Shown here: positions 10,471-19,480 of the stretch, in pieces
Layout of the letters: the number at the start of each line of letters is the position of its first letter
Numbering within the stretch: position 1 is the first letter of the stretch
Assembly: GCA_963803435.1 (NCBI GenBank)
Contig: CAWDML010000012.1
Span: 64,001-128,000, forward strand
Direction of reading: 5' to 3'
From: an uncultured delta proteobacterium
GTDB lineage: Bacteria > Myxococcota > Kuafuiibacteriia > Kuafuiibacteriales > Kuafuiibacteriaceae
Length of the DNA: 64,000 nt
The notes under the pieces: model-generated
The model's database searches: none
What the model was told of the DNA's origin: nothing
Seen by the model: only the letters and a program-made list of their open reading frames with translations
Program-made: the position numbers and the translations under genes

Positions 10471-11166
10471 TCAAGGTGGGGTGAAGTCGGTCAGCTCGGT
10501 CCGGGTCTGGCCCTCGACGTCGACCTCGAGCGTCACGCCGAGCCCTGCGCAATAGTACTTCTCCTCGTCGAGGCCGGGATCGAGCGGCGTGAAGTCGTGG
10601 GTCTTCACGCACCCGGTGAAGCGACCGAAGGGCACCGTGACCGTCTCGTTGACGCTGACGATCTCGGCCATGTCCTCGGCGTGGCACGCGAGGTACTCCT
10701 GGCGGTAGGCGGGCCCCGGCGCCGGTTGGGCCGGCATGATGATCCCGGGCTTCGCGCCGTCGACGCCGGCGGTCCAGCTCCCCTCGTTCGTCACCGGCGT
10801 GCCGTTCTCGTACTCGGCGGTGTCCTCCCCGAAGTACCACACGGTCCCGTCCACATCCTGGGCGTACCAGTCCGTGGTGTCTTCGGTGATCTCGCCGCTG
10901 ACCATCACGGTGTCCCGCACGGCGACAGTGTCGACCCCGGCGATCGGCAGGGTCTCGTCGGTCACGGTGATCTCGATGGTCTCTCCGCCGCCCTCGAACG
11001 TCATCCTGCTTCCAGGCGTCACCGGGAAGAACGGGTTGTCGATCACCGTCGTGAAGCGACCCGGATCGATCGGCGGATCGTACGTCGTATCGACCGTGCA
11101 CGGCGCTTCCGCCTTCGCCCCACAACCCGACAACATCAGGATGACCGCCACTCGAAGTCTGCGCAT
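10471..11166 (-). CDS. Conserved hypothetical lipoprotein
   Basis: ATG 11166 with GGAGG RBS; lipobox LSGC; beta-rich body (IDNPFFP, DWYAQD..GTVWYFGE, GSWTAGVDGAKPG, YRQEY, TVPFGRF). Confidence 0.8.
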   Translation of the reverse strand: MRRLRVAVILMLSGCGAKAEAPCTVDTTYDPPIDPGRFTTVIDNPFFPVTPGSRMTFEGGGETIEITVTDETLPIAGVDTVAVRDTVMVSGEITEDTTDWYAQDVDGTVWYFGEDTAEYENGTPVTNEGSWTAGVDGAKPGIIMPAQPAPGPAYRQEYLACHAEDMAEIVSVNETVTVPFGRFTGCVKTHDFTPLDPGLDEEKYYCAGLGVTLEVDVEGQTRTELTDFTPP

Positions 11167-11183
11167 GGTTGGCACCTCCACCC

Positions 11184-11213
11184 TGAGTGCCCGGGCCCGA
11201 TCCGCGCCTTCCC
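11184..11213 (-). promoter_or_regulatory. ECF-type promoter copy 2 (GGGAAGG-N15-GGCACTCA)
   Basis: On the + strand, TGAGTGCC at 11184-11191 and CCTTCCC at 11207-11213. Confidence 0.75.
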
Positions 11214-11233
11214 TCGGCCGCGAGAAAAAAAGA

Positions 11234-11263
11234 GGGAAGGAGACGGAAGCGCCGCGGCACTCA
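11234..11263 (+). promoter_or_regulatory. ECF-type promoter copy 3 (GGGAAGG-N15-GGCACTCA)
   Basis: GGGAAGG at 11234-11240 and GGCACTCA at 11256-11263, 8 nt before ATG 11272. Confidence 0.75.
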
Positions 11264-11271
11264 GGGGCCAG

Positions 11272-11625
11272 ATGAAACGAGCCACCTTCATTCCGCTCAC
11301 ACTCTCCCTGCTCTTCGCCGCAGCGCTCCCGGCCTGCGGTCGAGGGCCGATGACCGCGTCGCATCTGGCTGCGCTCGACACGGCGGGCATGATCCCGTTG
11401 ACCCAGGCGATCGCGGCCGCCGAGGAGGCGCTGGCGGGCGGCTACGTCGCCGGAGCGGCGCTCGACATGGAGGATCCCGATGACAACGAGAAGGAGCCGC
11501 TCCAGTACGAGGTGGTCGTTTACACCGCCGAAACAAATCAGGTCTGGCACGTCGGCGTGAACGCGACGACCGGCGAGATCATCGAGAAGGAGGTCGAGAG
11601 CGGACCGGGAGCGCAGGGCGAGTGA
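11272..11625 (+). CDS. PepSY-domain lipoprotein
   Basis: Lipobox LPAC; IPLTQAIAAA...YEV...VGVNATTGEII PepSY pattern. Confidence 0.8.
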   Translation: MKRATFIPLTLSLLFAAALPACGRGPMTASHLAALDTAGMIPLTQAIAAAEEALAGGYVAGAALDMEDPDDNEKEPLQYEVVVYTAETNQVWHVGVNATTGEIIEKEVESGPGAQGE

Positions 11626-11643
11626 CGCTCGACTCCCCGCCCT

Positions 11644-11672
11644 TTGACGATCCTCGGGCTTGATCGGACAAT
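11644..11672 (+). promoter_or_regulatory. Sigma70-type promoter for a leaderless transcript
   Basis: TTGACG-N17-GACAAT-N6-ATG(11679). Confidence 0.6.
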
Positions 11673-11678
11673 CCCAGC

Positions 11679-12236
11679 ATGCGGCTCGGACTCGCCGGGC
11701 TGTGGTGGCTCGTGGTGTGCGGGTGCCACGGCGACCCGCCGCCCGGGCTCTGCCCGACCGATTTGGTGGACCCTTACTCCTGGACGCTCGTCGACGAGGT
11801 CGACGCGGACGCTGGCATCGCGGCGGACGGGGGCGAAGCCGACCGTGGCCCTTGTGGGCCGCAGGACCTCACGACGGAGCCGATCGACGTCGAGGGTAAG
11901 CAGTCCCTCAGCGTGGTGACCTATTCGTGCTCTCGAGCCACCGTCCAGCAGCCGCTCGGCGCGCCGCTGGCTGCGGGCGACATGCTCGAGGTTCGGATCG
12001 TTCACTTCAACCTCGAAGACTACCCGCTGACCGAGGGGCATCTCGATCTCGAGCTCGACGGGCGAAGCGTGTGGAACAAGACCGTGCCCATTCCGAGCGA
12101 CTACGCGTTGATCGACGAGTCGTTCTCACTCGGGTTCGCGGTCGACCAGGGCGCCCTGGTCCGCTGGAGCGTCGCCAACCACGGACCTAACTCCTGGAAC
12201 TTCGTCGATCTGCGCGTCCCCCGCCCGTGTCCCTGA
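11679..12236 (+). CDS. Hypothetical lipoprotein
   Basis: Lipobox VVCGC, beta-rich body, ends in NHGPNSW; strong GC3 bias. Confidence 0.7.
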   Translation: MRLGLAGLWWLVVCGCHGDPPPGLCPTDLVDPYSWTLVDEVDADAGIAADGGEADRGPCGPQDLTTEPIDVEGKQSLSVVTYSCSRATVQQPLGAPLAAGDMLEVRIVHFNLEDYPLTEGHLDLELDGRSVWNKTVPIPSDYALIDESFSLGFAVDQGALVRWSVANHGPNSWNFVDLRVPRPCP

Positions 12237-12385
12237 GGCGCCGGCCGACCGGCCGACAGCGCGCGCGCCTCAACCGCGTTCGCAGCCGGTGAAGCCGGGT
12301 CGATCGGCTGCCACGGCCTGCGCGCCAGCGGTCGGTCGGGAGTCAACCGTCCTTTGTCAGCCTCAAGAGAGTAGAGTCGGCGGGC

Positions 12386-14257
12386 TTGGATCCCGCCTTC
12401 GAAAAGCTGCTCCGCCTGGTCGATCTCGAGGCCCGGGCTCAATCGGAGCGGACCCGGGCCGAGCTGTCGCGCCTGACGCGTGCGGAGGCGGAGAAGAGCG
12501 GCCGCTCGCTGCTCGATCTGGTGATCGCCGACGAGCGCGCGGCGCTGGGTGGCCGCGTGCTTCTCGAGCTCAAGAAGCGGACCGAGGGCGCGGAGCTCCC
12601 GTGGACGCGGATCGGCGCAGGCGCGCCGGTGCTGGTGTCGAGCGACCAGCTGGCGGAGCCGCTCCGAGGCGTGGTCGCCAGTCGGGACCGCCGTGCCATT
12701 CGGGTGGCGCTGGCCGGCCTGCCCGACGAGGGCTTCGAGGGGCCGCTCCGCGTCGACCTGTCGCGCGACGAGATCACGACGGCACGTGAGAAGCGAGCGC
12801 TCGAACGGGCGGGGAGCAGCGAGAAGGGACGCGTTCGCGAGCTGGTGGAGCTCTTCGCGGGGACGCGGGCTCCCGAGCTCGCGAACGATCCGGTGACCGG
12901 AATCGATCCCACGCTCGACGAGACGCAGCGAGCGGCGGTCGTCTTCGCGCTCTCGTCCGAGGACGTGGCGCTGATCCACGGGCCGCCCGGGACGGGGAAG
13001 ACGCGGACCGTCGTCGAGGTGATCCGCGGCGCGGTGGCGCGCGGCGAGAAGATTCTGGCCTGCGCGCCGAGCAACACCGCGGTCGACAATCTGGTGGAGC
13101 GGCTCGCTGCGGCCGGCGTGTTCGTCGTGCGCCTGGGCCATCCGGCCCGCGTCCAGGCTTCACTGGTGGAGCACACGCTCGACCTCCTGGTGGAGCGTCA
13201 CGAGGACGTCCGCCGCGCGCGCAAGCTGGTCAAGGAGGCGTGGGCGCTGTTGAAGCGCGCCGATCGATGGACGCGCGCCAGGCCGGCCCCCGGTGAGAAG
13301 AAGGAGCTGCGGAGCGAAGCGCGCCGCTTGATGGCAGACGCGCGAAGGCTGGAGGAGGCGGCCGCCGCGAGGATCCTGGAGCGTGCCGAGGTCCTGTGCG
13401 CGACCACCAGCGTCGACGCCGAGGTCCTGCGCGGACGCCGCTTCGATCGCGTGGTGATCGACGAGGCCTGCCAATGCACCGAACCGAGCGCCTGGATCCC
13501 GATCCTCTCGGGAGAGCGCGTGGTGCTGGCGGGCGATCACAAGCAACTCCCGCCCACGATCATCTCGCCGGAGGCCGCGGCCGAGGGGCTGGCAAAGAGC
13601 CTCTTCGAGCGGATCATCGAGGTTCACGGCGACGCGGTCAGCCGGCAGCTCTCGGTGCAATACCGGATGCATCGCACCATCATGCAGCTCTCGAACGAGG
13701 AGATGTACGCGGGGACCCTGATCGCGGACGCGAGCGTGGCCGAGCACCGGCTGGCGGATCTGGACGGTGTCCGCGAGAGCCCGCTCACCGAGACGCCGGT
13801 GACCTACTTCGACACCGCCGGCGCCGGCTGGGAGGAAGAGGTGGAGCCCGACGGCGAGAGCCGGCTGAATCGCGAGGAGGCGGCGCTGATCGCCCAGCTG
13901 GTGGAGGAGCTCCGCGAGGCGGGCCTGGCGCCCTCGGACGTCGGCGTGATCACTCCGTACGCGGCGCAGGTTCGCTTGCTCTCGGAGCTCGTCGAGCCGG
14001 AGATCGAGGTCGACACGGTCGACGGCTTCCAGGGACGCGAGAAGGAGGCGATCCTGATCTCGCTGGTCCGCTCGAACTCAGACGGCGAGATCGGGTTCCT
14101 TTCGGATCTACGACGGATGAACGTCGCGCTGACGCGCGCGCGGAGAAAGCTCATCGTGGTGGGCGACAGCAGCACGATCGCGGGGACCCCGTTCTACGCC
14201 CGCATGGTCGAGTGGTTCGAGGCCTGCGGGGGCTACCGCACCGTCTGGGAGCTCTAG
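12386..14257 (+). CDS. IGHMBP2/Upf1-like SF1B helicase
   Basis: IHGPPGTGKT, APSNTAVD, IDEACQ, GDHKQLPP, QYRM, ITPYAAQV, TVDGFQGREK and RMNVALTRAR. Confidence 0.92.
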   Translation: MDPAFEKLLRLVDLEARAQSERTRAELSRLTRAEAEKSGRSLLDLVIADERAALGGRVLLELKKRTEGAELPWTRIGAGAPVLVSSDQLAEPLRGVVASRDRRAIRVALAGLPDEGFEGPLRVDLSRDEITTAREKRALERAGSSEKGRVRELVELFAGTRAPELANDPVTGIDPTLDETQRAAVVFALSSEDVALIHGPPGTGKTRTVVEVIRGAVARGEKILACAPSNTAVDNLVERLAAAGVFVVRLGHPARVQASLVEHTLDLLVERHEDVRRARKLVKEAWALLKRADRWTRARPAPGEKKELRSEARRLMADARRLEEAAAARILERAEVLCATTSVDAEVLRGRRFDRVVIDEACQCTEPSAWIPILSGERVVLAGDHKQLPPTIISPEAAAEGLAKSLFERIIEVHGDAVSRQLSVQYRMHRTIMQLSNEEMYAGTLIADASVAEHRLADLDGVRESPLTETPVTYFDTAGAGWEEEVEPDGESRLNREEAALIAQLVEELREAGLAPSDVGVITPYAAQVRLLSELVEPEIEVDTVDGFQGREKEAILISLVRSNSDGEIGFLSDLRRMNVALTRARRKLIVVGDSSTIAGTPFYARMVEWFEACGGYRTVWEL

Positions 14258-14363
14258 CGAGACGCTCCAGGTGGACCGAGAGTCCAAAGTCGGCCTCAGG
14301 TCTCTAAGCGAGGCTGCGCCTCAAACGCTGGCGATCGGCTCCAGGACCGAGTCCGACAGGTAG

Positions 14364-14492
14364 CCGAGCTCGCTGCTCGTACAGGTTCTGGGAGTCATCG
14401 CCGAGTACGAACGTGCGAAGATCATGGAGCGCTGTCGACGAGGGAAGCTGCATCGTGCACGGACCGGGCTCGTGAATCCGCTCTCCGGGGCT
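14364..14492 (+). pseudogene. Fragment of a large serine recombinase (helix E region)
   Basis: Translates as PSSLLVQVLGVIAEYERAKIMERCRRGKLHRARTGLVNPLSGA, matching the ..G.IAEYER..I.ER..RG.. pattern. An in-frame TAG at 14361 precedes it, and the catalytic N-terminus is absent. Confidence 0.75.
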
Positions 14493-14583
14493 CACCTGCG
14501 TGACGGGCCCCTGAGCGCCGGGGTGCTCGCGGTAAACGAGGAGCGACGCTTCTCCCGCACGATCGCCGCCGCGGTGCGGTGAG

Positions 14584-16125
14584 CTACACCCGCGAGAAGA
14601 CGCTCAGGAGGGCCGCCTCGTCCTCGCGGAGATCGGCGGCGATCCCGGCGTCGGCCGGGGACATGCCCATCGCGAGGAGCGTGATGCCGAGGCAGAGCTT
14701 GTGCGGCAGATCCGAGCCGCCGTCGTACTGCGCCGGGAGAAGGCCCGGGAGCTCACCTGTCTGTCGCTGAGCGGCGGTGCGGAGGTCGGGGATGCGGTAC
14801 CAGCAGGCGCCGCCGCCGTCGACGCCGGAGTCGCCGTAGAAGCCGGGCACGAGCCGCTGCGTGCCGGAGAACATCACGAACGCGTTGACGCCGCCGTCGT
14901 CGTACTGCGCGTTGAGCACGCGGGAGAAGTCGCCGTCGATCAGCACGGTTGTGTCGGCGTAGAGGCTGCGCTTCTCGAGCTCGACGAGGAACTTGAACAC
15001 CCACCAGAGCTTGATCAGCATCGCCTCGTAGAGGTCGTCCACGTTGGAGACGGCGTGGAGCTCCGCGATCCGGTTGTGGGGATCGTCCTGAACGCCGCCG
15101 AGCTGGACGTTCTCGCAGGCGATCTCGCCCTCGATCGCCTGGATGATCCCGGCGAGGCCGCGCGCGATCGCCGCCGTCTCGGTGCCGAGGGCGCCCACCT
15201 CGATGGAGCCGATGTTGTAGGTGTTGGTTCCGCCCTGGGTCAGCGCGCCCACGCGATCGAGACGTCCCAGCTGGACGGCCAGCGGCTGCATGTCGATCGG
15301 GAGCGGGTTCTGGTTTTGATACGCCACGCCGGCGTCGACCTGGAGGCGTGCGAGGACCGCCGGGTCCGGGAGGAACAACCTCGCGCTCTCGCGCGTCGCG
15401 ACCAGCTGCGTCGAGAGCGTCCGCGCGTACGGGGCCACCCGCTCGTCGGGGTTCAGCGATTGGAGGAGATCGGAGAGCCGGCCGATCTGTCCCGTGTCGA
15501 AGCCGGGCGCCTGGGAGACGGGCTCGAACAGCCGGGCCATGTCGTTGCCGCTCACCGCCAGGAACGCGCGGGGGCCGGTCCCGAACAGCGGAGCGCCGGC
15601 CATGTTGATCATGGGGAACTCGGTCGTGAACCGCTGGTGGCGCGCGACCTCGCTCGAGATGTCGGTGGTCCGGCCCGCGAGTGAGAGCTGGAAGCTGGGC
15701 GCGTAGGTCTGATGGATCGGCGCGCCGGTGCCGCAGCCGAGGAACGCGACGCAGCCGTCCAGCACGCGCTCGAAGGCGCCCCAATCGCCGGACTCGTCGA
15801 ACGCCTCCAGGATGGGGCGCGGGATCACGAACCGTCCGCCCGACACCGTGACGACCTCGTCGAGCGGCAGGTTAGGCGACCAGAGCGCGAGGCTGCCCTT
15901 GTTGGCGGCGTCGAGGTAGCTCGGCGGACAGATCGACGTGAACATCCAACCGAGGCCGCCGTTGCTGAAGTTGAGGTGGATGAAGCGGCGCCCCATGGGG
16001 AGGCCGTCGGCGGTCTGGGCGGAGAGCCGTCGGATCAGGCCGTCCGCGGAGACGGAGGAGATCACGCCCGCGGCGGTCGCCTGTCCGATCAGCTTCAGAA
16101 ACCTTCTGCGATCGACCGGGTTCAT
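14584..16125 (-). CDS. Tat-exported hypothetical protein (DUF1501/DUF1552-like)
   Basis: ATG 16125; DRRRFLK Tat motif; RRFIHLNFSNGG, DDPH, YADTTVLIDGDFSR and PGFYG. Confidence 0.75.
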   Translation of the reverse strand: MNPVDRRRFLKLIGQATAAGVISSVSADGLIRRLSAQTADGLPMGRRFIHLNFSNGGLGWMFTSICPPSYLDAANKGSLALWSPNLPLDEVVTVSGGRFVIPRPILEAFDESGDWGAFERVLDGCVAFLGCGTGAPIHQTYAPSFQLSLAGRTTDISSEVARHQRFTTEFPMINMAGAPLFGTGPRAFLAVSGNDMARLFEPVSQAPGFDTGQIGRLSDLLQSLNPDERVAPYARTLSTQLVATRESARLFLPDPAVLARLQVDAGVAYQNQNPLPIDMQPLAVQLGRLDRVGALTQGGTNTYNIGSIEVGALGTETAAIARGLAGIIQAIEGEIACENVQLGGVQDDPHNRIAELHAVSNVDDLYEAMLIKLWWVFKFLVELEKRSLYADTTVLIDGDFSRVLNAQYDDGGVNAFVMFSGTQRLVPGFYGDSGVDGGGACWYRIPDLRTAAQRQTGELPGLLPAQYDGGSDLPHKLCLGITLLAMGMSPADAGIAADLREDEAALLSVFSRV

Positions 16126-16127
16126 GC

Positions 16128-16886
16128 TCACTCCACCAGCGCGCTCGTCGAGCACATCAAGGCCGACAGCGCCGTCGCGAAGGTGGCGCCCTGCCCCAGC
16201 GCGCCGTTGACCGCCTCGAGCTCGGGCGCGTCGAGCCGGCGCCCGTACGCCAGCAGCCCGAGCTCCGGCTTGAACGCGGTGATCTGGTTGCCGCTCCGCT
16301 CGACCAGACGATCCACCAGCGCCGCGCGGTCCGCCGGGACGCCGGCGGCGATCGACTGCGCCAGCCGCGACGCGAGATACGTCGAGATCCGGCAGGCCTG
16401 CTTCACCGCTCCGGCCGTCAGATGGAACGAGTGCTGCCCGCGAAACGCGGCGATCGTGGTGGCCTCCACACCGAAGTCGTCCATCGGCTCTCCCAGCACG
16501 TCGTGGAAGGTCACGTACTGGGAGGCGCCGCTCGCGTCGGCCAGCGGCTCGAGGACGCGATCGGGATGTCCGTAGCCGATCCCGAGCTGTTCGGCCGGGA
16601 CGTGCGCGTAGCTGCCGGGGTTGGACTCGGCCACCCCGAACACGCGGTAGATCTGCATCCACTTCGCCAGGTACCCGTACCAGGAGATGCGGCGGGCCGA
16701 GACCAGCGCCTCGCACCCGTACTGGCCGTTCGGGGACTCGGGGCAAGGATCGGCGGTGAGCGCCTGCCCACCCGGACCGATCAGCCCCCCGTGAGCTTCG
16801 GCGAACACCGGGTCGGCGAACGGATCGGGCGCCTCGCGCTTGCACCCGAGGCAGACGAGAAACGCGATGACGAGGAGGCGCTTCAC
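16128..16886 (-). CDS. Hypothetical lipoprotein
   Basis: GTG 16886 with AGGAG RBS; KRLLVIAFLVCLGC lipobox; C-terminus AYGRRL...ALMCS. Confidence 0.75.
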   Translation of the reverse strand: MKRLLVIAFLVCLGCKREAPDPFADPVFAEAHGGLIGPGGQALTADPCPESPNGQYGCEALVSARRISWYGYLAKWMQIYRVFGVAESNPGSYAHVPAEQLGIGYGHPDRVLEPLADASGASQYVTFHDVLGEPMDDFGVEATTIAAFRGQHSFHLTAGAVKQACRISTYLASRLAQSIAAGVPADRAALVDRLVERSGNQITAFKPELGLLAYGRRLDAPELEAVNGALGQGATFATALSALMCSTSALVE

Positions 16887-16894
16887 TTCGTCTC

Positions 16895-18595
16895 CTAGCG
16901 GTGCGTGAAGTCGCGGTTCTTGAACGCGATCTTCAGCATGCGGAGGACGGTCATGTCCTCCGTGGTTCCATAGGCGGCTTCGTAGGCGGCGAGCAGCTCG
17001 TCGACCTTGTAGGCAGGCACCACGTGCTCGGGGCTGGCGGCGTTCCCGCGCCCCATCGCGAAGTTGTAGACCTGGGCAGCGGTGCAGCGGATGAAGTCGG
17101 GATCGTCGATGAACGCCTCGGTCCAGGCCTCGAACGAGTCGAGCACCCGATCCTTGTAGTAGTACTTCGTCGGATCGACCTCCGCGGTCACGATGTCGCC
17201 GGGGCCGCTGACGCGCTCGTTCGTCGGCCGCACCGCAACGTACTGATCGCGGAGAACGCCGCTGCCGTCGTCGAAGCGCCAGAACGCCAGCGCCATCAGG
17301 TTGAGGTTGGAGTTCGCGTGGCACGAGGCGCAGTACGGACGCGTATCGGTCTTGTTCCAGGGCGACACCACGCGGGCGCGGGAGGCGGCGTCATCGGCGC
17401 CGTTCACCAGCGAGTTGGTGAAGAGGGGGAAGTCGTGGCAGTGGAAGCTCTTGAAGAGCGAGCGGACCGTGTGGAACTTGTAGTGGCCGTACTGGACGCG
17501 CTGGAAGGCCCGGCTGCCGATGATCCCGCCCGGGACGGCCGGGCCGCTCGGATTGGCCTCGTCGACGCCGGCGTTTTGCCGGCAGACCTGGCGGGTCATG
17601 ATCGGGACGTCGTAGCCCGAGAAGGGGACGTGCAAGCAGGCCTTGGTCTCCCCGCCGGCGAACGTGGTGCGGAACGCGTCCTTGATCGGTCGGTCGTCGA
17701 GGATGTTCTGGAGCAGGGCGTCGACCGCGCCGTAGTTGTCCTGGTTGGCGACGGTCGGGTTGTCGCGCGCCGACAGCACGCCCTGAAACCCGACCCACTG
17801 GAGGGCCAGCCGCGAGAGCGCCGCCGGGTAGACGTAGAAGAAGCCGCGGTTGGCGCTGCGATCGAAGTCGAGCTCGGTGAGCGAGAGCTGCGCGGCGCCG
17901 GGGAGGACGTCGTCGTTGAAGAAGACGCTCTCGCGGACGCCCGGCCGGAGGGTTCCGAGAGCGCCGGGCGACTCGATCGGCGTGGCCTCGGGCGTCAGGT
18001 AGAGGTCGACGTCGCGCTCGTACAGCCTGCGCTGCGCCTCTTCGTCGCTCGCCTGATCGATCTCGAGCAGCTCTGCGAGATCGGCCGGAACCTGGGCGAC
18101 GCGCAGCGCCATCGAGTCGAGCGCGAGCGTGTAGCGCGCGGTCCGGCCCGCGAGCAGCGGTCCCACCTCCGGCAGCGGCGGCGGGGGGTCGTGGCCCTTC
18201 TCCAGCTCGATCCACGCGAGCAACCGATCGAGCTCCTCGTCGTCGAACTGCTGCACGCCGACCTCCGGCATGTGCAGGACAGCCTGCGAGTAGAGCTTGC
18301 TCGCCAGCGGGTCGTCCGGCGTGATGACCGTGAGGGCGGCGGCGTAGGCCGAGGCGAGATCATCCTGCGAGTGGGCGGGACGGCCCGGCCCCGCCCCGGA
18401 GTGGCAGGCCGCGCAGCGCTGCCGCCCGGACGGCACCGGGTTCAGCGACCGGCGCCAGACCTGATAAAAGGCGGCCAGGCGGGGATCGTCGATCGTGGGG
18501 TCGTCCGGGCTCGGTCCCCGGCCCAGCACGTGGTGCTCCTGACCGGAGGGCACGCACGCGGCGAGCAGGAGAGCCACTGGGAGCGCGCGCCGCAC
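16895..18595 (-). CDS. c-type heme lipoprotein with DUF1588/DUF1585-like C-terminal domains
   Basis: Lipobox LLAAC; CAACH...HMP...LLAWI (planctomycete-type cytochrome c-like); second CASCH followed by LAFWRFD..G; C-terminal FIRC...YNFAMGR. Confidence 0.75.
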   Translation of the reverse strand: MRRALPVALLLAACVPSGQEHHVLGRGPSPDDPTIDDPRLAAFYQVWRRSLNPVPSGRQRCAACHSGAGPGRPAHSQDDLASAYAAALTVITPDDPLASKLYSQAVLHMPEVGVQQFDDEELDRLLAWIELEKGHDPPPPLPEVGPLLAGRTARYTLALDSMALRVAQVPADLAELLEIDQASDEEAQRRLYERDVDLYLTPEATPIESPGALGTLRPGVRESVFFNDDVLPGAAQLSLTELDFDRSANRGFFYVYPAALSRLALQWVGFQGVLSARDNPTVANQDNYGAVDALLQNILDDRPIKDAFRTTFAGGETKACLHVPFSGYDVPIMTRQVCRQNAGVDEANPSGPAVPGGIIGSRAFQRVQYGHYKFHTVRSLFKSFHCHDFPLFTNSLVNGADDAASRARVVSPWNKTDTRPYCASCHANSNLNLMALAFWRFDDGSGVLRDQYVAVRPTNERVSGPGDIVTAEVDPTKYYYKDRVLDSFEAWTEAFIDDPDFIRCTAAQVYNFAMGRGNAASPEHVVPAYKVDELLAAYEAAYGTTEDMTVLRMLKIAFKNRDFTHR

Positions 18596-18753
18596 CGTGC
18601 CGACGACCGTAAGCGCTCCGTGCAGGCCTTACAATGCGCCGGCGCACCGACCGGCAGTCTTCGTCGCGTCCGTGAGCCGGAGCACGGCCCGCTCTGCCCG
18701 CCCGTAAACTTACGGTAAGGCCTGTTCCGCACGCCACCCCGTAGCCTCGAGTC

Positions 18754-19356
18754 ATGGTCGAAGCGCTTCGGGGCACGACTCGCACGGATCCTACGCAGAG
18801 CGACGGACAGGGGATCTCGGTGGGCGTGCAGGGCACCGACGGAAAGCTGCGACAAGAGACCGTCACCCCCGACCAGCCCCTCGAGGTGAACGGGGTTCGA
18901 GTCTCCGTCGACGATCGGGGACAGGTGACGGTGCACGGAACGGATTGAGACGAATCGTATTCGATCACGGACGGCGCCGAGGTGGGCGTCCCGGGCAGCA
19001 CCGTCGTCGGCATCGAGGGCGACGGCGACCCGATCTACCTCTCCATCCCGAAGAGCCAGGCGAGCGGGGTCCGCGTCGAGGGCGCCGGAGGCAAGGACGA
19101 CTACTGGGCGCCGATCGACGACGCGTACGCACGCGTCTCGATCCAGGACACTCAGGGGAGCAACTGGATCACGAACATCGGGCGCAACGTGCGCGGCCAG
19201 GTCTCGGTCGCGGACAACGACGTCGCCGCGCTCCAGCACGACAAGGGCGGCCTCGATCTCGTCCCTGCAGGCCAGAGCGGCCCGAACCCGGCGCTGACCG
19301 CGACGGGGAGCTTCCTCGACGCCTTCAAGAGCTGGCTGGCGGGGTTGTTCAGCTAG
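18754..19356 (+). CDS. Hypothetical protein interrupted by one in-frame TGA (18946-18948)
   Basis: ORFs 18754-18948 and 18982-19356 share a frame and read ...HGTD*DESYSITDGAEV... with uniform codon bias. Confidence 0.65.
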
Positions 19357-19480
19357 CGTCGCTTCACTCCTTGCGGCCCCGAGCCCGCGGTTTCATCGAT
19401 GCATTCCGTATGCTGTGAGGGCACGGTTCGCGCGGGTGATCCGGGAGGTCGCGCTTCCATGTTTTTGGTAGCGTCCCCCC

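Noticed and set aside
14304-14495. 63-aa minus-strand ORF
   Set aside because: It is antisense to the recombinase fragment and has no coding features of its own.
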